Origin: Chthonomonas sp. UBA2785
GTDB lineage: Bacteria > Armatimonadota > Fimbriimonadia > Fimbriimonadales > Fimbriimonadaceae
Direction of reading: 5' to 3'
Length of the DNA: 64,000 nucleotides
Assembly (NCBI GenBank): GCA_002352215.1
Contig: DEIB01000038.1
Coordinates: 178,506-242,505 of the forward strand
This document shows positions 1 through 8,600 of the stretch, piece after piece (the stretch's first letter is position 1; every line of letters begins with the position of its first letter). The position numbers and the translations under genes are program-made. A model generated the notes under the pieces. It saw nothing but the letters and a program-made list of their open reading frames with translations. It was not told the origin of the DNA and ran no database searches.

Positions 1-543
1 AGGAATCACGCACCCGTCTCCAAGTTGTCCCGTTTCGAATGGCTCGCCTGCGGCCAGGTCGGCGAAGGCATCCTCGGCGGTGTAGCCGGGGTGCTCCCCT
101 ACCTCGCGGTAGCTTCCCCTCCATAGGGTCTTGCCCAATTCGTCCACCAGGACCGCCGAGGGCGTGCTGGTGATGCCGTAGGCCGCAGCAATGTCTCCAT
201 CCTTGTCAAACAGTTGCTCACCTTCCACCGTAACCCCCACGAACGGATCGTTCGACGGTCCCGGCTGTGCGCCCACGTTGATCCCCACCCAATTGAGGTC
301 AGGATGTTGTCGCTTGAGGGCGGCCACGTGACCCGTCGCCGCCCGAGAACACGGACATTCCTGTCGATAGAAGTGCAACCAGGTAGTGCCCTCCTTCAAC
401 TTGGCTAATAAACTCGGCGGGGGTGTGACACGGGTCTCCGAATCGACAATTGCTAGAGGCTCATACGCCTTTGGCTTTGTCATTTCCACTTGCCCCGCCA
501 GCATCAAAATGCCAGCGTAAAGGGCCATGGCTCCGAATCCCAT
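1..543 (-). CDS. membrane-anchored thioredoxin-fold protein (C-terminus cut by window edge)
   Basis: Absent from the ORF track because it runs off the window. My minus-strand translation from the ATG at 543-541 reads MGFGAMALYAGILMLAGQVEM...TWLHFYRQECPCSRAATGH...AAAYGITSTPSAVLVDELGKTLWRGSY, with no stop down to position 1. It has an N-terminal hydrophobic anchor, a Cys-Pro-Cys where thioredoxin-fold proteins carry the redox motif, and a T-P loop followed by VLVD..G. Confidence 0.55.
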   Translation of the reverse strand, partial: MGFGAMALYAGILMLAGQVEMTKPKAYEPLAIVDSETRVTPPPSLLAKLKEGTTWLHFYRQECPCSRAATGHVAALKRQHPDLNWVGINVGAQPGPSNDPFVGVTVEGEQLFDKDGDIAAAYGITSTPSAVLVDELGKTLWRGSYREVGEHPGYTAEDAFADLAAGEPFETGQLGDGCVIP

Positions 544-604
544 GTACACTTTCCCCACCTTATAACTCTCCCACGTAAATTTTCGGGAGGTCGGTCAGGA
601 ACCT

Positions 605-985
605 TTAGTGACTTTTTAGGGCCGGGACTTGGCTTTTCTTGCCCCGGGCAGCCAGGATCACCCGGGCCAGGGCGCCCACAACCAGGAGAGCCGGGCCAAA
701 CCGCTGGACCGCCCCGATCGCACCACCGGCGGCGTCATCCACCAACCGCAAAATGCCGGTGGCGCGCACACCCACCTCTTGGGTCACGAGTTGGACTTCC
801 TTGGTGATGGTGTCCACGCGGTTGGTCAAGACCTCGACGCGGCGACTGAGACCCTGGAGCTCGGTGCGAACATCCAGAAGGAGCCGGATGGTAACGCCCG
901 CCACGACAATGCCCACCAGCATAAAGATGCTGCCGAGCAAGGCATAGATTCCAACCGATGTGGTCACCCAAGTTGGAACAGTCAT
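605..985 (-). CDS. small membrane-anchored coiled-coil protein (DUF948-like)
   Basis: 126-aa ORF with an N-terminal TM helix (VGIYALLGSIFMLVGIVVAGV) followed by a heptad-like helix (LLLDVRTELQGLSRRVEVLTNRVDTITKEVQLVTQEV). Its start overlaps the stop of the upstream 860-aa gene (982-985). Confidence 0.55.
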   Translation of the reverse strand: MTVPTWVTTSVGIYALLGSIFMLVGIVVAGVTIRLLLDVRTELQGLSRRVEVLTNRVDTITKEVQLVTQEVGVRATGILRLVDDAAGGAIGAVQRFGPALLVVGALARVILAARGKKSQVPALKSH

Positions 986-3564
986 GCCACTACATTACCT
1001 GTCACGTCGGTGATCGCTTGGGCGGGGCAAAGGAAGGTGTGGCGGGCCACGCCATCTTCGCATTTCACGGTTTGCTCCCCGATTCGAACCTGGGAACCCC
1101 AAAGACCATCGAGGGCAATCTCCACCATCACGTCCTTGTCGCACGGGTTCTCAATGCGGGCAATGAAGGTGCGCTTATCCCGCGCCAGGATGAATTCCCG
1201 GCAGATCCCGAACGAGATGGACATGCTTACGCCAATTTGGCGTAGCACGATTCGCCGGCCCACGCCATCCCACGGCTTCACCCGGTAACTCTCGTTGTCG
1301 GCTTCAAAATGGCACCCCACGGTGGCGGTGGCTTCCCCGCGCCCCGGCAACACAAGCGAGGTCATCCCACCCAAATAGTGTGCGTAGCCAAGCCCCGACG
1401 CCCCGGTAAAGGCGTTCGCCCCCGGCGACTTGCTCGCCAGGTCGGGCACAAAGCACATGCTCGCCTGTCCTTCCTCGCCCACCAGCGCCCACGGCCCTAG
1501 CAAGCCGCCGAACGCCATGCGCATGTAGGCATCTGGGATGGCCAGGTAATCCCTGTCCATCAGCCCAAAGAAAATCAAGGAGTTCGGAATGGTGGTTTGG
1601 CCAAGGCACGCTTCCGCACGGTCTAGCAGCGCCTTGAGCGGGGCCGAATCCGCGCCGTCCCAGTGGCGCTTGTCGCTGCCGTACCACCACCAACTCGGAG
1701 CGAGGGACCGAGCGGCAAACGCACACTTCACCGTGCGCTCCAGGTGCGCATCGTCGGCCAAGAACTTCGCGGCCGCGAAGACCTCCTCGAGCCCACTAGT
1801 GTCCATCACCGACTCACCCGCGTAGGGTGCGCGCATCTCGGTCAATTCTTCGGCTTTGGCCTGCACATGCAGTTCCAGCGCCGCCGCTTCTTCCAGCAAT
1901 CCCGCCGCGCGGAGTTCATCCAGCAGTTCGTAAATGCGCGGATAGCCCAGCAGCCCGACGGTGCGGACATAGTGCCGCCACCCAAACCGGAACAGGGCCA
2001 TCGCCGTGAGGTAGGCGCGCTTGAGATAGACCAGCGGGCTGTGCAGCGTCTCTCCGTACGACCCGGCGATGCGGTACATCGCCCGGTACAGGTTCATCAC
2101 GTGGGGGTAGCCCAGCGGGCGCCCAAACTGCTCGCCCATCGCCGCGATTTCGTCCAAGGCGCTGGCCACCGCCCCGGTGGCCGGGTTCTGCACCCTCACC
2201 AGCAAGAACTTCTCGATGTAATCATCCAGCAGGGCAATCTGCTTGCGGTCCGGGTAGATCGAGTTCTTTTCGGCCAGGAATAAGGCGTCCGCAATGCTCC
2301 CTTCCAGGCCGCTGGATTCGAAATACTCCTCCGGCTCGGCCACGGGCTTAATGTCCATTACGTTGGCCATCACGATGGCGTGGTCAAGCGGAGATTCGGG
2401 TGCCCGGATGATCTGGTTCTTGACGATGTAGTCCGCCCGGACGTTGATGAGCTTTTCCATCGGCGGGGTGAAGAATAAATGGCAGTAACTCGTGCCGGCC
2501 GAGGTGTCAATGCTCAGGCGCACCGGACCCGGTTGGTCGCTCCGCACCAGCAGGAACCCCGTTTCCTCATCAATGTCCGTATCTACCTGCACCGGTCGGT
2601 CCGCCACGATGCGCGTCGGCGTGCGGTTGATCTCCACGCCAATGCCCACGCCCGTCGGTACCACCGCCCCGGGCAGCAAACGTTGCACGGGCCGGCCCAC
2701 GCTGGCGAGGGTCTGGCTGATGCCATCCACTCGGTCACTCTCGATGCTGGTGAGCCGCATTTGGAAGGTGCGCTTATCCCCCGGTTCCAGGATCAACGAG
2801 GTGTGCCCGTTCATCCACTCGGGCCACTGCTCCCGCTCGATGGTGGCGCGGCTGTGGGCGTATACCACGGGGATTCCTTCCCATTGAAACGGCGTCGTGA
2901 GCGAACCCGGCACACTGGCGAAGAACTCCCACGAAGTGTCGTCCCCTGGGTACACGAGCAGGCCCGGCGGTTGCGCCGTCATGCGCTGGGCGAACAACCA
3001 ACTGCTCGCCCCACCAATGAACTTGTGTACGTAAACCCGGCTCGCCCACAGCTTTTCGAGCTGCTCGTCGCTCCACCCAAAGCCGTCGTACAGCGTATTG
3101 AACGCCAGCGGGAAGCCCACTTCCCCGATCTCCAGAGTTTGCCGGCCCGTGTTGCGGATCTCAACATCCCAGATGATCTGGGGATAGGGTTGAAGCTCCT
3201 CGTAAAACGTGCCGCTCGCCTCGATATCATCGAGGAACGGGAAGGAGTAATCAAACCGGATGCGCTGGTCTTCGCCCGTTACCGCATCTTCGAGGTTGAA
3301 GGTGTTCTGCGCCTCGGAGTTGCGGCTGACGATCCACGGCTGGTCCGGCCCTGTGCGCGCGCCAATCAAGATGGTGCCCGGCAGGTAGCTATCCGAAGTC
3401 TCTTCGCCAAAGGTGACCGTCGGCAAGCAGAACTGGAAGTCTTCCCCTTCGTCGGGGAGCGCCGGATCGTACGCCCAAAGTTTGCTGATCCGCCCAGCCT
3501 GCGTGAATTCGAGCGAGAGAAGCCCACCTTCTAGCGAGGCGGCGCCTTCTTCAAAAATGTCCAT
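982..3564 (-). CDS. large uncharacterised protein (about 860 aa)
   Basis: The track ORF is 982..4221, but its first 219 codons are Arg/Gly/His-rich and overlap the divergent + strand gene. The first plausible start is MDIFEEGAASLEGG at 3564. I recognise no catalytic motif by eye. Size and sequence flavour remind me of DUF5695-type proteins, but this is unverified recollection. Confidence 0.6.
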   Translation of the reverse strand: MDIFEEGAASLEGGLLSLEFTQAGRISKLWAYDPALPDEGEDFQFCLPTVTFGEETSDSYLPGTILIGARTGPDQPWIVSRNSEAQNTFNLEDAVTGEDQRIRFDYSFPFLDDIEASGTFYEELQPYPQIIWDVEIRNTGRQTLEIGEVGFPLAFNTLYDGFGWSDEQLEKLWASRVYVHKFIGGASSWLFAQRMTAQPPGLLVYPGDDTSWEFFASVPGSLTTPFQWEGIPVVYAHSRATIEREQWPEWMNGHTSLILEPGDKRTFQMRLTSIESDRVDGISQTLASVGRPVQRLLPGAVVPTGVGIGVEINRTPTRIVADRPVQVDTDIDEETGFLLVRSDQPGPVRLSIDTSAGTSYCHLFFTPPMEKLINVRADYIVKNQIIRAPESPLDHAIVMANVMDIKPVAEPEEYFESSGLEGSIADALFLAEKNSIYPDRKQIALLDDYIEKFLLVRVQNPATGAVASALDEIAAMGEQFGRPLGYPHVMNLYRAMYRIAGSYGETLHSPLVYLKRAYLTAMALFRFGWRHYVRTVGLLGYPRIYELLDELRAAGLLEEAAALELHVQAKAEELTEMRAPYAGESVMDTSGLEEVFAAAKFLADDAHLERTVKCAFAARSLAPSWWWYGSDKRHWDGADSAPLKALLDRAEACLGQTTIPNSLIFFGLMDRDYLAIPDAYMRMAFGGLLGPWALVGEEGQASMCFVPDLASKSPGANAFTGASGLGYAHYLGGMTSLVLPGRGEATATVGCHFEADNESYRVKPWDGVGRRIVLRQIGVSMSISFGICREFILARDKRTFIARIENPCDKDVMVEIALDGLWGSQVRIGEQTVKCEDGVARHTFLCPAQAITDVTGNVVA

Positions 3565-3624
3565 GGGCGAGTCCTTCTGAGGATACCAGTCACAAGAGCG
3601 GCTTGCCTTGCGTAGACTAGGGGC

Positions 3625-4326
3625 GTGGCAAGAACGGTGGTGAGCCTGCTGGGCGCGGGGAACGTGTTGGTGAGTGCGCCAGCCTTGGCCACCCTCATCA
3701 CATTCGAAGACCAGGAATGGGAACTGCGGCTCTACGACGCTCACGAAGAGCGTCTCGACCTCGCCGACCTCCTGGCTCGCACACTGAACGATGGCGCGGC
3801 GGGCAGTCGACACCGGATTCGTTCGTCGAATGATCCCGCCGAGATGCTGGAAGATGCGGAAATCGGCCTGCTGATGGTGGATGAAGGCACAGCCCGCCGG
3901 ATGAAGGGCACCCGCCCCCTGGAACTTGACCTGGAAGCGGAAACTCCGCGTTCCGTATTCGAACTCCGGCGCGGAGACCCCAACCAACCCACGCCGCCGG
4001 ACCAACTGAGCCCGCGCACGCGAACTCTGCTCGAAGTCCCCATTGACCAAGAAACCCCCGGCCCCCAACTGATTGCCGAGGCCACCGTTCGACTCCGTAG
4101 CCTCAACACCAACGAAATGCAGTGGTTGTGGCTGGGAACTGAGGTGCCCGACTTGAGTCTGGCCTCGCTCCCTTGGCCCGCGGCCCTCTCGCCCATCCAA
4201 GAACAAGGAATGCCCCACCAAGTGATGCGCTGGGCCATGAAGACTGAACCCATGGATGACCTGCTAAGGCAAGCCCACGACAATCCCCTGCAAGCCTGGC
4301 TGAAGGAGCACATTGGCCGACGGTGA
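3625..4326 (+). CDS. hypothetical protein with GH4-like Rossmann N-terminus
   Basis: 233-aa ORF with a GTG start and balanced acidic/Leu composition. VSLLGAGNVLVSAPALATL...ELRLYDAHEERLD resembles the NAD-binding start of family-4 glycosidases, but the protein is too short and lacks the catalytic half. Confidence 0.45.
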   Translation: MARTVVSLLGAGNVLVSAPALATLITFEDQEWELRLYDAHEERLDLADLLARTLNDGAAGSRHRIRSSNDPAEMLEDAEIGLLMVDEGTARRMKGTRPLELDLEAETPRSVFELRRGDPNQPTPPDQLSPRTRTLLEVPIDQETPGPQLIAEATVRLRSLNTNEMQWLWLGTEVPDLSLASLPWPAALSPIQEQGMPHQVMRWAMKTEPMDDLLRQAHDNPLQAWLKEHIGRR

Positions 4327-4861
4327 ACTGAGAACCCTGCGGGGCAAGATGGAAGTGCGCAAGCTGATGCGCGAAGCCGAAGCTGCTCACCAGCCGCAGG
4401 TCGAACTCGCCTTCCTCCTGCAGGATTGGGATGACCCCTACAACGTGGGGGGCATGTTCCGGGTGGCGGATGCCTGCGGGGCCGTGCGCATGGTGCTCAC
4501 CGGCAAAACCCCCGCCCCGCCACACCCGCAGATCCACGTGACGAGCATGGGCAACCACCGCCGGGTGGCCTGGGAACAGCAAGAACGACACGACGAGGCC
4601 ATCGCCCAACTCAAGGCCGAAGGCTGGACCCTAGTGGCGGTAGAGATTGCCGAGGGGGCCGTCCCCTACACGCAGTACGACTTCCCCGCCCGGACCTGCC
4701 TGGTGCTGGGCAACGAAGAAAAGGGGATGTACGACCGGGTGCTGCGCCAGTGCGACGCGGCGGTTTACATCCCCATGGGGGGCAAAGGCCGGAGCCTCAA
4801 TGTCCATGTCAGCGGGGCCGTGGTGGCGTTCCACGCCCTTTACGGCCCGCGCTCAACTTAA
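4313..4861 (+). CDS. SpoU/TrmH-family RNA 2'-O-methyltransferase
   Basis: Contains SpoU motifs: YNVGGMFRVADACGA, LVLGNEEKGM and IPMGGKGRSLNVHVSGAVVAF. The track start is TTG at 4313; the ATG at 4349 (MEVRKLM) is a likelier start. Confidence 0.85.
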   Translation: MADGELRTLRGKMEVRKLMREAEAAHQPQVELAFLLQDWDDPYNVGGMFRVADACGAVRMVLTGKTPAPPHPQIHVTSMGNHRRVAWEQQERHDEAIAQLKAEGWTLVAVEIAEGAVPYTQYDFPARTCLVLGNEEKGMYDRVLRQCDAAVYIPMGGKGRSLNVHVSGAVVAFHALYGPRST

Positions 4862-6138
4862 GCGATGATCCCAATCGGCTGGAGCCGGTGGTTCGGGAAC
4901 ACCTGCGCCGTTTGCTGGTTGCCCAGGCGGCGCTCCAGCACTTCGGCCAGCACGTTGCGGTAGTCGGTGGTTACCGGCAGGTCCCCCGGACCTTCCAAGA
5001 TCTCCTTGCTCAGCCCCGGCCATTCGCCGAAGACCTTGCCGCCTTGCACGCCCGCACCGAGCGCAAACAGCGCCCCGCCCCGGCCGTGGTCTGTGCCAAA
5101 CCCGCTGTTCTCATCCACCCGGCGGCCGAATTCGGTTTGCACCACCACCGTCACGCGCTTGGTTTCCGGCCCGAGGTCCTTCATAAAGGCGTCGAGGCCA
5201 TTGCCAAGGTCACGGAGCAGCGTGGGCAGCCAACCTTCGTTGGTGCCCTGGGCCACGTGCGTATCCCATCCGTAGCTGCTCACGCAAGCGATCTCCAGCC
5301 CGATGTCCTGCTTGATGAGGAATGAGACTTGCCGCAGGGCCTGGGCGAACCCGTTCTCGGCGTAGGTCACGCCGGTCCGGGTCTCCGGAGTGCTCGCTCC
5401 TTTCTCGCGAAGTACATCCAGCAAGCGGAGGGTTTCCCGCCCGGACTTTGCAAATGGGTCACCGCCTTCGGCATACAGGGCCGCCAACGCCTTGCGATAG
5501 GCTTGGTCCTCGTCGTTCTGCAGCCGGAACGAGTCGATGTTCTCAATCGCCATCGCCGAGGAGGCCCCCGTCAATGACTCCGGCAACATCGCGTCAAACG
5601 CCACCGCGCGGAAGGGCGACGAAGCACCGGGCGTGACCGCCAGGTGCCGGGCCAACCAGCCCCCACCCTCGCCGTCAGTGGCCCGGGCGCGACCCCGCTC
5701 CATCGCCGACATCGCCTCGAAGTGCGACCGCGACTCATCCAACGACCCCGTGGCGTGCACGATGGCCATGGACTTGTCCTCGTAGTACGGCATCAGCGCA
5801 CTAAGCGCCGGGTTGAGCCCAAAGAAGCCATTAAGATCGAGCAGCGTGTTGGCCTCCCGCCCCGGCTTACGAACCGCCAGCGTGGGGCGGGCGCGATAGT
5901 AGTTGTCTTCCGCATAGGGCGCCACCAGGCTCAGCCCATCAGCACCGCCGCGCAAGAAAACCACCACCAGCACATCGTTGCGGCTCCGGTTCGGATCCAC
6001 CACGATCTCGCCCAGCGCCGAGCTGAGACCCAGTGCGCCGATCGCCCCGGCCAAAAAGCCGCGCCGAGAGACGGTGGGGGCCTTGCGATCTAAGCCGCCC
6101 CGACCATCGCAATAGCAAAGGTCTTGATTCATTTCCAC
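4858..6138 (-). CDS. DUF1501 domain protein (sulfatase/phosphatase-like fold, Tat signal)
   Basis: Twin-arginine signal SRRGFLAGAIGALGLS. Conserved DUF1501-type stretches include VVVFLRGGADGLS, WDTHV, TEFGRR and GTDHGRGG. It lies directly downstream of, and overlaps, a DUF1800 gene, which is the classic pairing. Confidence 0.85.
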   Translation of the reverse strand: MEMNQDLCYCDGRGGLDRKAPTVSRRGFLAGAIGALGLSSALGEIVVDPNRSRNDVLVVVFLRGGADGLSLVAPYAEDNYYRARPTLAVRKPGREANTLLDLNGFFGLNPALSALMPYYEDKSMAIVHATGSLDESRSHFEAMSAMERGRARATDGEGGGWLARHLAVTPGASSPFRAVAFDAMLPESLTGASSAMAIENIDSFRLQNDEDQAYRKALAALYAEGGDPFAKSGRETLRLLDVLREKGASTPETRTGVTYAENGFAQALRQVSFLIKQDIGLEIACVSSYGWDTHVAQGTNEGWLPTLLRDLGNGLDAFMKDLGPETKRVTVVVQTEFGRRVDENSGFGTDHGRGGALFALGAGVQGGKVFGEWPGLSKEILEGPGDLPVTTDYRNVLAEVLERRLGNQQTAQVFPNHRLQPIGIIA

Positions 6139-7586
6139 TGGTACTCCGGTGAGGCCAGCGTGAGCGCAAGCGCCCGACGCGGGTCGAGGTCAGGGATGCC
6201 CCGCAGGACACTCATCAAGTCATCGGCGCCCAGCGACTGGCTGGTGCGGTGGAACACGGCTTGTACGGCTTGCTCCGCCACATCGCCGTCCCATCGCTTC
6301 AGCTGATCCACGGGCTTGCCCGCGCCCTTCATGCCGCCGGCAAGCTCGTAGGCAAAGTTCCAGCGCGCTAACAGCGAGCCCTGCCACGCCTCGGTCTCCG
6401 TCGGGTAGCCATCCGGCATCGGCCATTCCCAGGTGGGTTGGCCCATGCGCCGAAGGGCATTCCGCAGGGGGGCGCCACCATCGCAATCCACATCCAGAGC
6501 GCGGAGCGAGGAGACCACGTAATCGAACGGTCGCTTGCCGACGGCCGAGGCTTCCCGCCAACTCCCTTCGTCATAGACGGTCTTCACCATCGCAGGCAGG
6601 TCCCCCTTGGTGGCTTTGTATTGGCTCTCCAGCTTGGCCACAAGGCTATCCTTCTCCTCGCCGGTGAACAAGTAAGCCAGCTTGCCCGCGATGTGCCGCG
6701 CCGTGGCCGGGTGTTCCAGAACGATGTCGAGCACTCGCTCACCATCCTTCTGCTTGCCCCCTGCCGGGATCGTGACGCCCAGTACGCGCTTTTCGCCGTC
6801 GTCGTGCAGACTCTCCACGAACTTGACCTTGCCCTTGGGGCGAAGCATGTCGCGTTCTTCCACCCAACCGGTAAAGCAGCGCGCCACCTCCATCACGTCC
6901 GTTTGCGTGTAGCCTCCGTAGACCCCCAACGTGTGGAGTTCCATCAGCTCCCGAGCGTAGTTCTCGTTCGGCTGAGCGGCCGTGCTGTTCTGCTGGTCCA
7001 GATACACCAGCATCGCGCTGTGGTGGGCACTGGCCCGGATGAGGTCGTGGAAGCTCCCCATCGCGTGCGCCCGGATGACATCTCGCTCATAGTGCGGCAG
7101 CCGGTAGGCCGCGATGCCCTTGCGGGCGTACACGTTGAGGTGGTCCATCCAGAACCCCACCATGCGCTCGCGGAGCGTCCACGGCGAGTTCACGGCGCGG
7201 ATGATGACCGCATCTTGCAGCATGTCCACTACGCGGTTTTCCGGCCAATCCCGCAGATCATAAGGCGAAAGGCGATAGATCGCCATCGTCTCGATCCGGG
7301 TGCGGGTGGCCAGGTCTTCTTCGCCCGGTTGAAGTTGCTCTTGAATCCAAGCCTCTTCACCGTCTTTGGCAACACGCTCGAGGTCTCCGGGACGAGGTCC
7401 GTATCCGAATCGGTTTAGCAACCGAGCCCCAGGTTCATCTTTGACGGTGCGAGCGGAGACCGCAGCTTCGCCCGCAATCCACTGCCCGACACCCTGGCAA
7501 CCCGTGGCCAAGAGGGCCGCTCCCCCCAGGGTCAAGGACCCCAGGGTGAGCGCTTCGCGTCGGGTTACACCTGTGCGGTCGGCCAC
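6129..7586 (-). CDS. DUF1800 domain protein
   Basis: 485 aa. Tat/lipoprotein-like N-terminus (TRREALTLGSLTLGGAALLATGC) and DUF1800-type core (MVGFWMDHLNV, NENYARELMELHTLGV, GYTQTDVMEVARCFTGW). Overlaps the DUF1501 start. Confidence 0.85.
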   Translation of the reverse strand: MADRTGVTRREALTLGSLTLGGAALLATGCQGVGQWIAGEAAVSARTVKDEPGARLLNRFGYGPRPGDLERVAKDGEEAWIQEQLQPGEEDLATRTRIETMAIYRLSPYDLRDWPENRVVDMLQDAVIIRAVNSPWTLRERMVGFWMDHLNVYARKGIAAYRLPHYERDVIRAHAMGSFHDLIRASAHHSAMLVYLDQQNSTAAQPNENYARELMELHTLGVYGGYTQTDVMEVARCFTGWVEERDMLRPKGKVKFVESLHDDGEKRVLGVTIPAGGKQKDGERVLDIVLEHPATARHIAGKLAYLFTGEEKDSLVAKLESQYKATKGDLPAMVKTVYDEGSWREASAVGKRPFDYVVSSLRALDVDCDGGAPLRNALRRMGQPTWEWPMPDGYPTETEAWQGSLLARWNFAYELAGGMKGAGKPVDQLKRWDGDVAEQAVQAVFHRTSQSLGADDLMSVLRGIPDLDPRRALALTLASPEYQWK

Positions 7587-8080
7587 GTGGCCTCCTCACG
7601 ATCCGCACGGCTCAGGGCACGCGTGGCGGCCCCCAGGGAGAGGATCAGCATGATGGGCGCGGTAAAGAACCACCCCACCACCGGGGCCATGCCGACGATG
7701 GTCACCACCGCCAGGCCCTTGCTTCGCGCTTGCAGCCAACCGAGTTCCGGAGCCGCCGAGTGCATGCGGTCGCCCACCAGCCACCCCAGGCCCCCCAGGC
7801 CCAGAGTCGCGAAAACCAAACCGCCGCACGCCACCACCGCCGCCAAAGCGCGCGTGATCGGAGACGGGATCGCCGCCAGCACAATGATGAGCACCAGCAA
7901 CGGCACCAGGGCCATCACACCCCAAAGGAACGACTTTCCGGGGCGACGCTCAATGTGTTGGGCCGCCCGCCGCGCTGTTTCCGGGAACAGCAGGGTCATA
8001 GTAAGCCCGAGAGCCCAGATGACAAGACCAGAGCCAAAAGCAATGGCAACAGTGGCAAGGATATCGCCGATGGTAAACAC
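7565..8080 (-). CDS. polytopic membrane protein, unknown function
   Basis: 171 aa with four to five hydrophobic helices. Its 3' end overlaps the DUF1800 start by 22 nt, suggesting co-translation. Confidence 0.6.
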   Translation of the reverse strand: MFTIGDILATVAIAFGSGLVIWALGLTMTLLFPETARRAAQHIERRPGKSFLWGVMALVPLLVLIIVLAAIPSPITRALAAVVACGGLVFATLGLGGLGWLVGDRMHSAAPELGWLQARSKGLAVVTIVGMAPVVGWFFTAPIMLILSLGAATRALSRADREEATWPTAQV

Positions 8081-8204
8081 GATTTGTTTCCTCCTCGTGT
8101 TGCAATAAATCGAACGATTTGCGAAATCCCAAATGGGGGCCCAGCGAAGGCCCGTTTTGCCTCCCCCAAGGTCCCAAATCAGGGCCTAAACCGCCCCCTG
8201 GGGC

Positions 8205-8600
8205 CTACTTCTTGGCCGGGGCGGGCTCCGGCGGGCGGACCCAAAAGGTGGGGGCGTTCAGCTTAGGCTCTTCCTGCCGGTAGCGGTCCTTCTCCCACAC
8301 CAGCTTGTAGGTGGGCGCGCGCTTCTCGGTGGGCTTGAGGGTGAGTATGCCGTTGCTGTCGGTATAGGTGCCTTCCAGGGGCGGGAAGCCGGTCATCTTG
8401 AAGCGGCCGTTGTTCAGCAGTTCCAGTTCCATGCCGGAGATGATTTCGGGCGGGGCATCGGCCGCGCTCCCGATGGCCTGGTTCGCCATCACCCACTTGC
8501 CCTTGGTGGAAGCGGAGTTGCAACCGGCAACGAAGACCGCGACGAGCACGGCCATGCCGAAAACTCCTGCCGATTTGAACTTAGACTTCACTTTTCTCAT
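8205..8600 (-). CDS. small lipoprotein
   Basis: Within track ORF 8205..8693, the internal start MRKVKSKFKSAGVFGMAVLVAVFVAGC gives a textbook signal peptide and lipobox. The upstream extension overlaps the YdbT-like gene. Confidence 0.65.
   Translation of the reverse strand: MRKVKSKFKSAGVFGMAVLVAVFVAGCNSASTKGKWVMANQAIGSAADAPPEIISGMELELLNNGRFKMTGFPPLEGTYTDSNGILTLKPTEKRAPTYKLVWEKDRYRQEEPKLNAPTFWVRPPEPAPAKK

Noticed and set aside
3565-4221. N-terminal 219 codons of the 1079-aa track ORF (982..4221)
   Set aside because: The segment is Arg/Gly/His/Gln-rich and low in complexity, and it overlaps a better-looking divergent gene (3625..4326). A convincing ATG with normal composition begins at 3564. 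This is typical stop-free read-through in GC-rich DNA.
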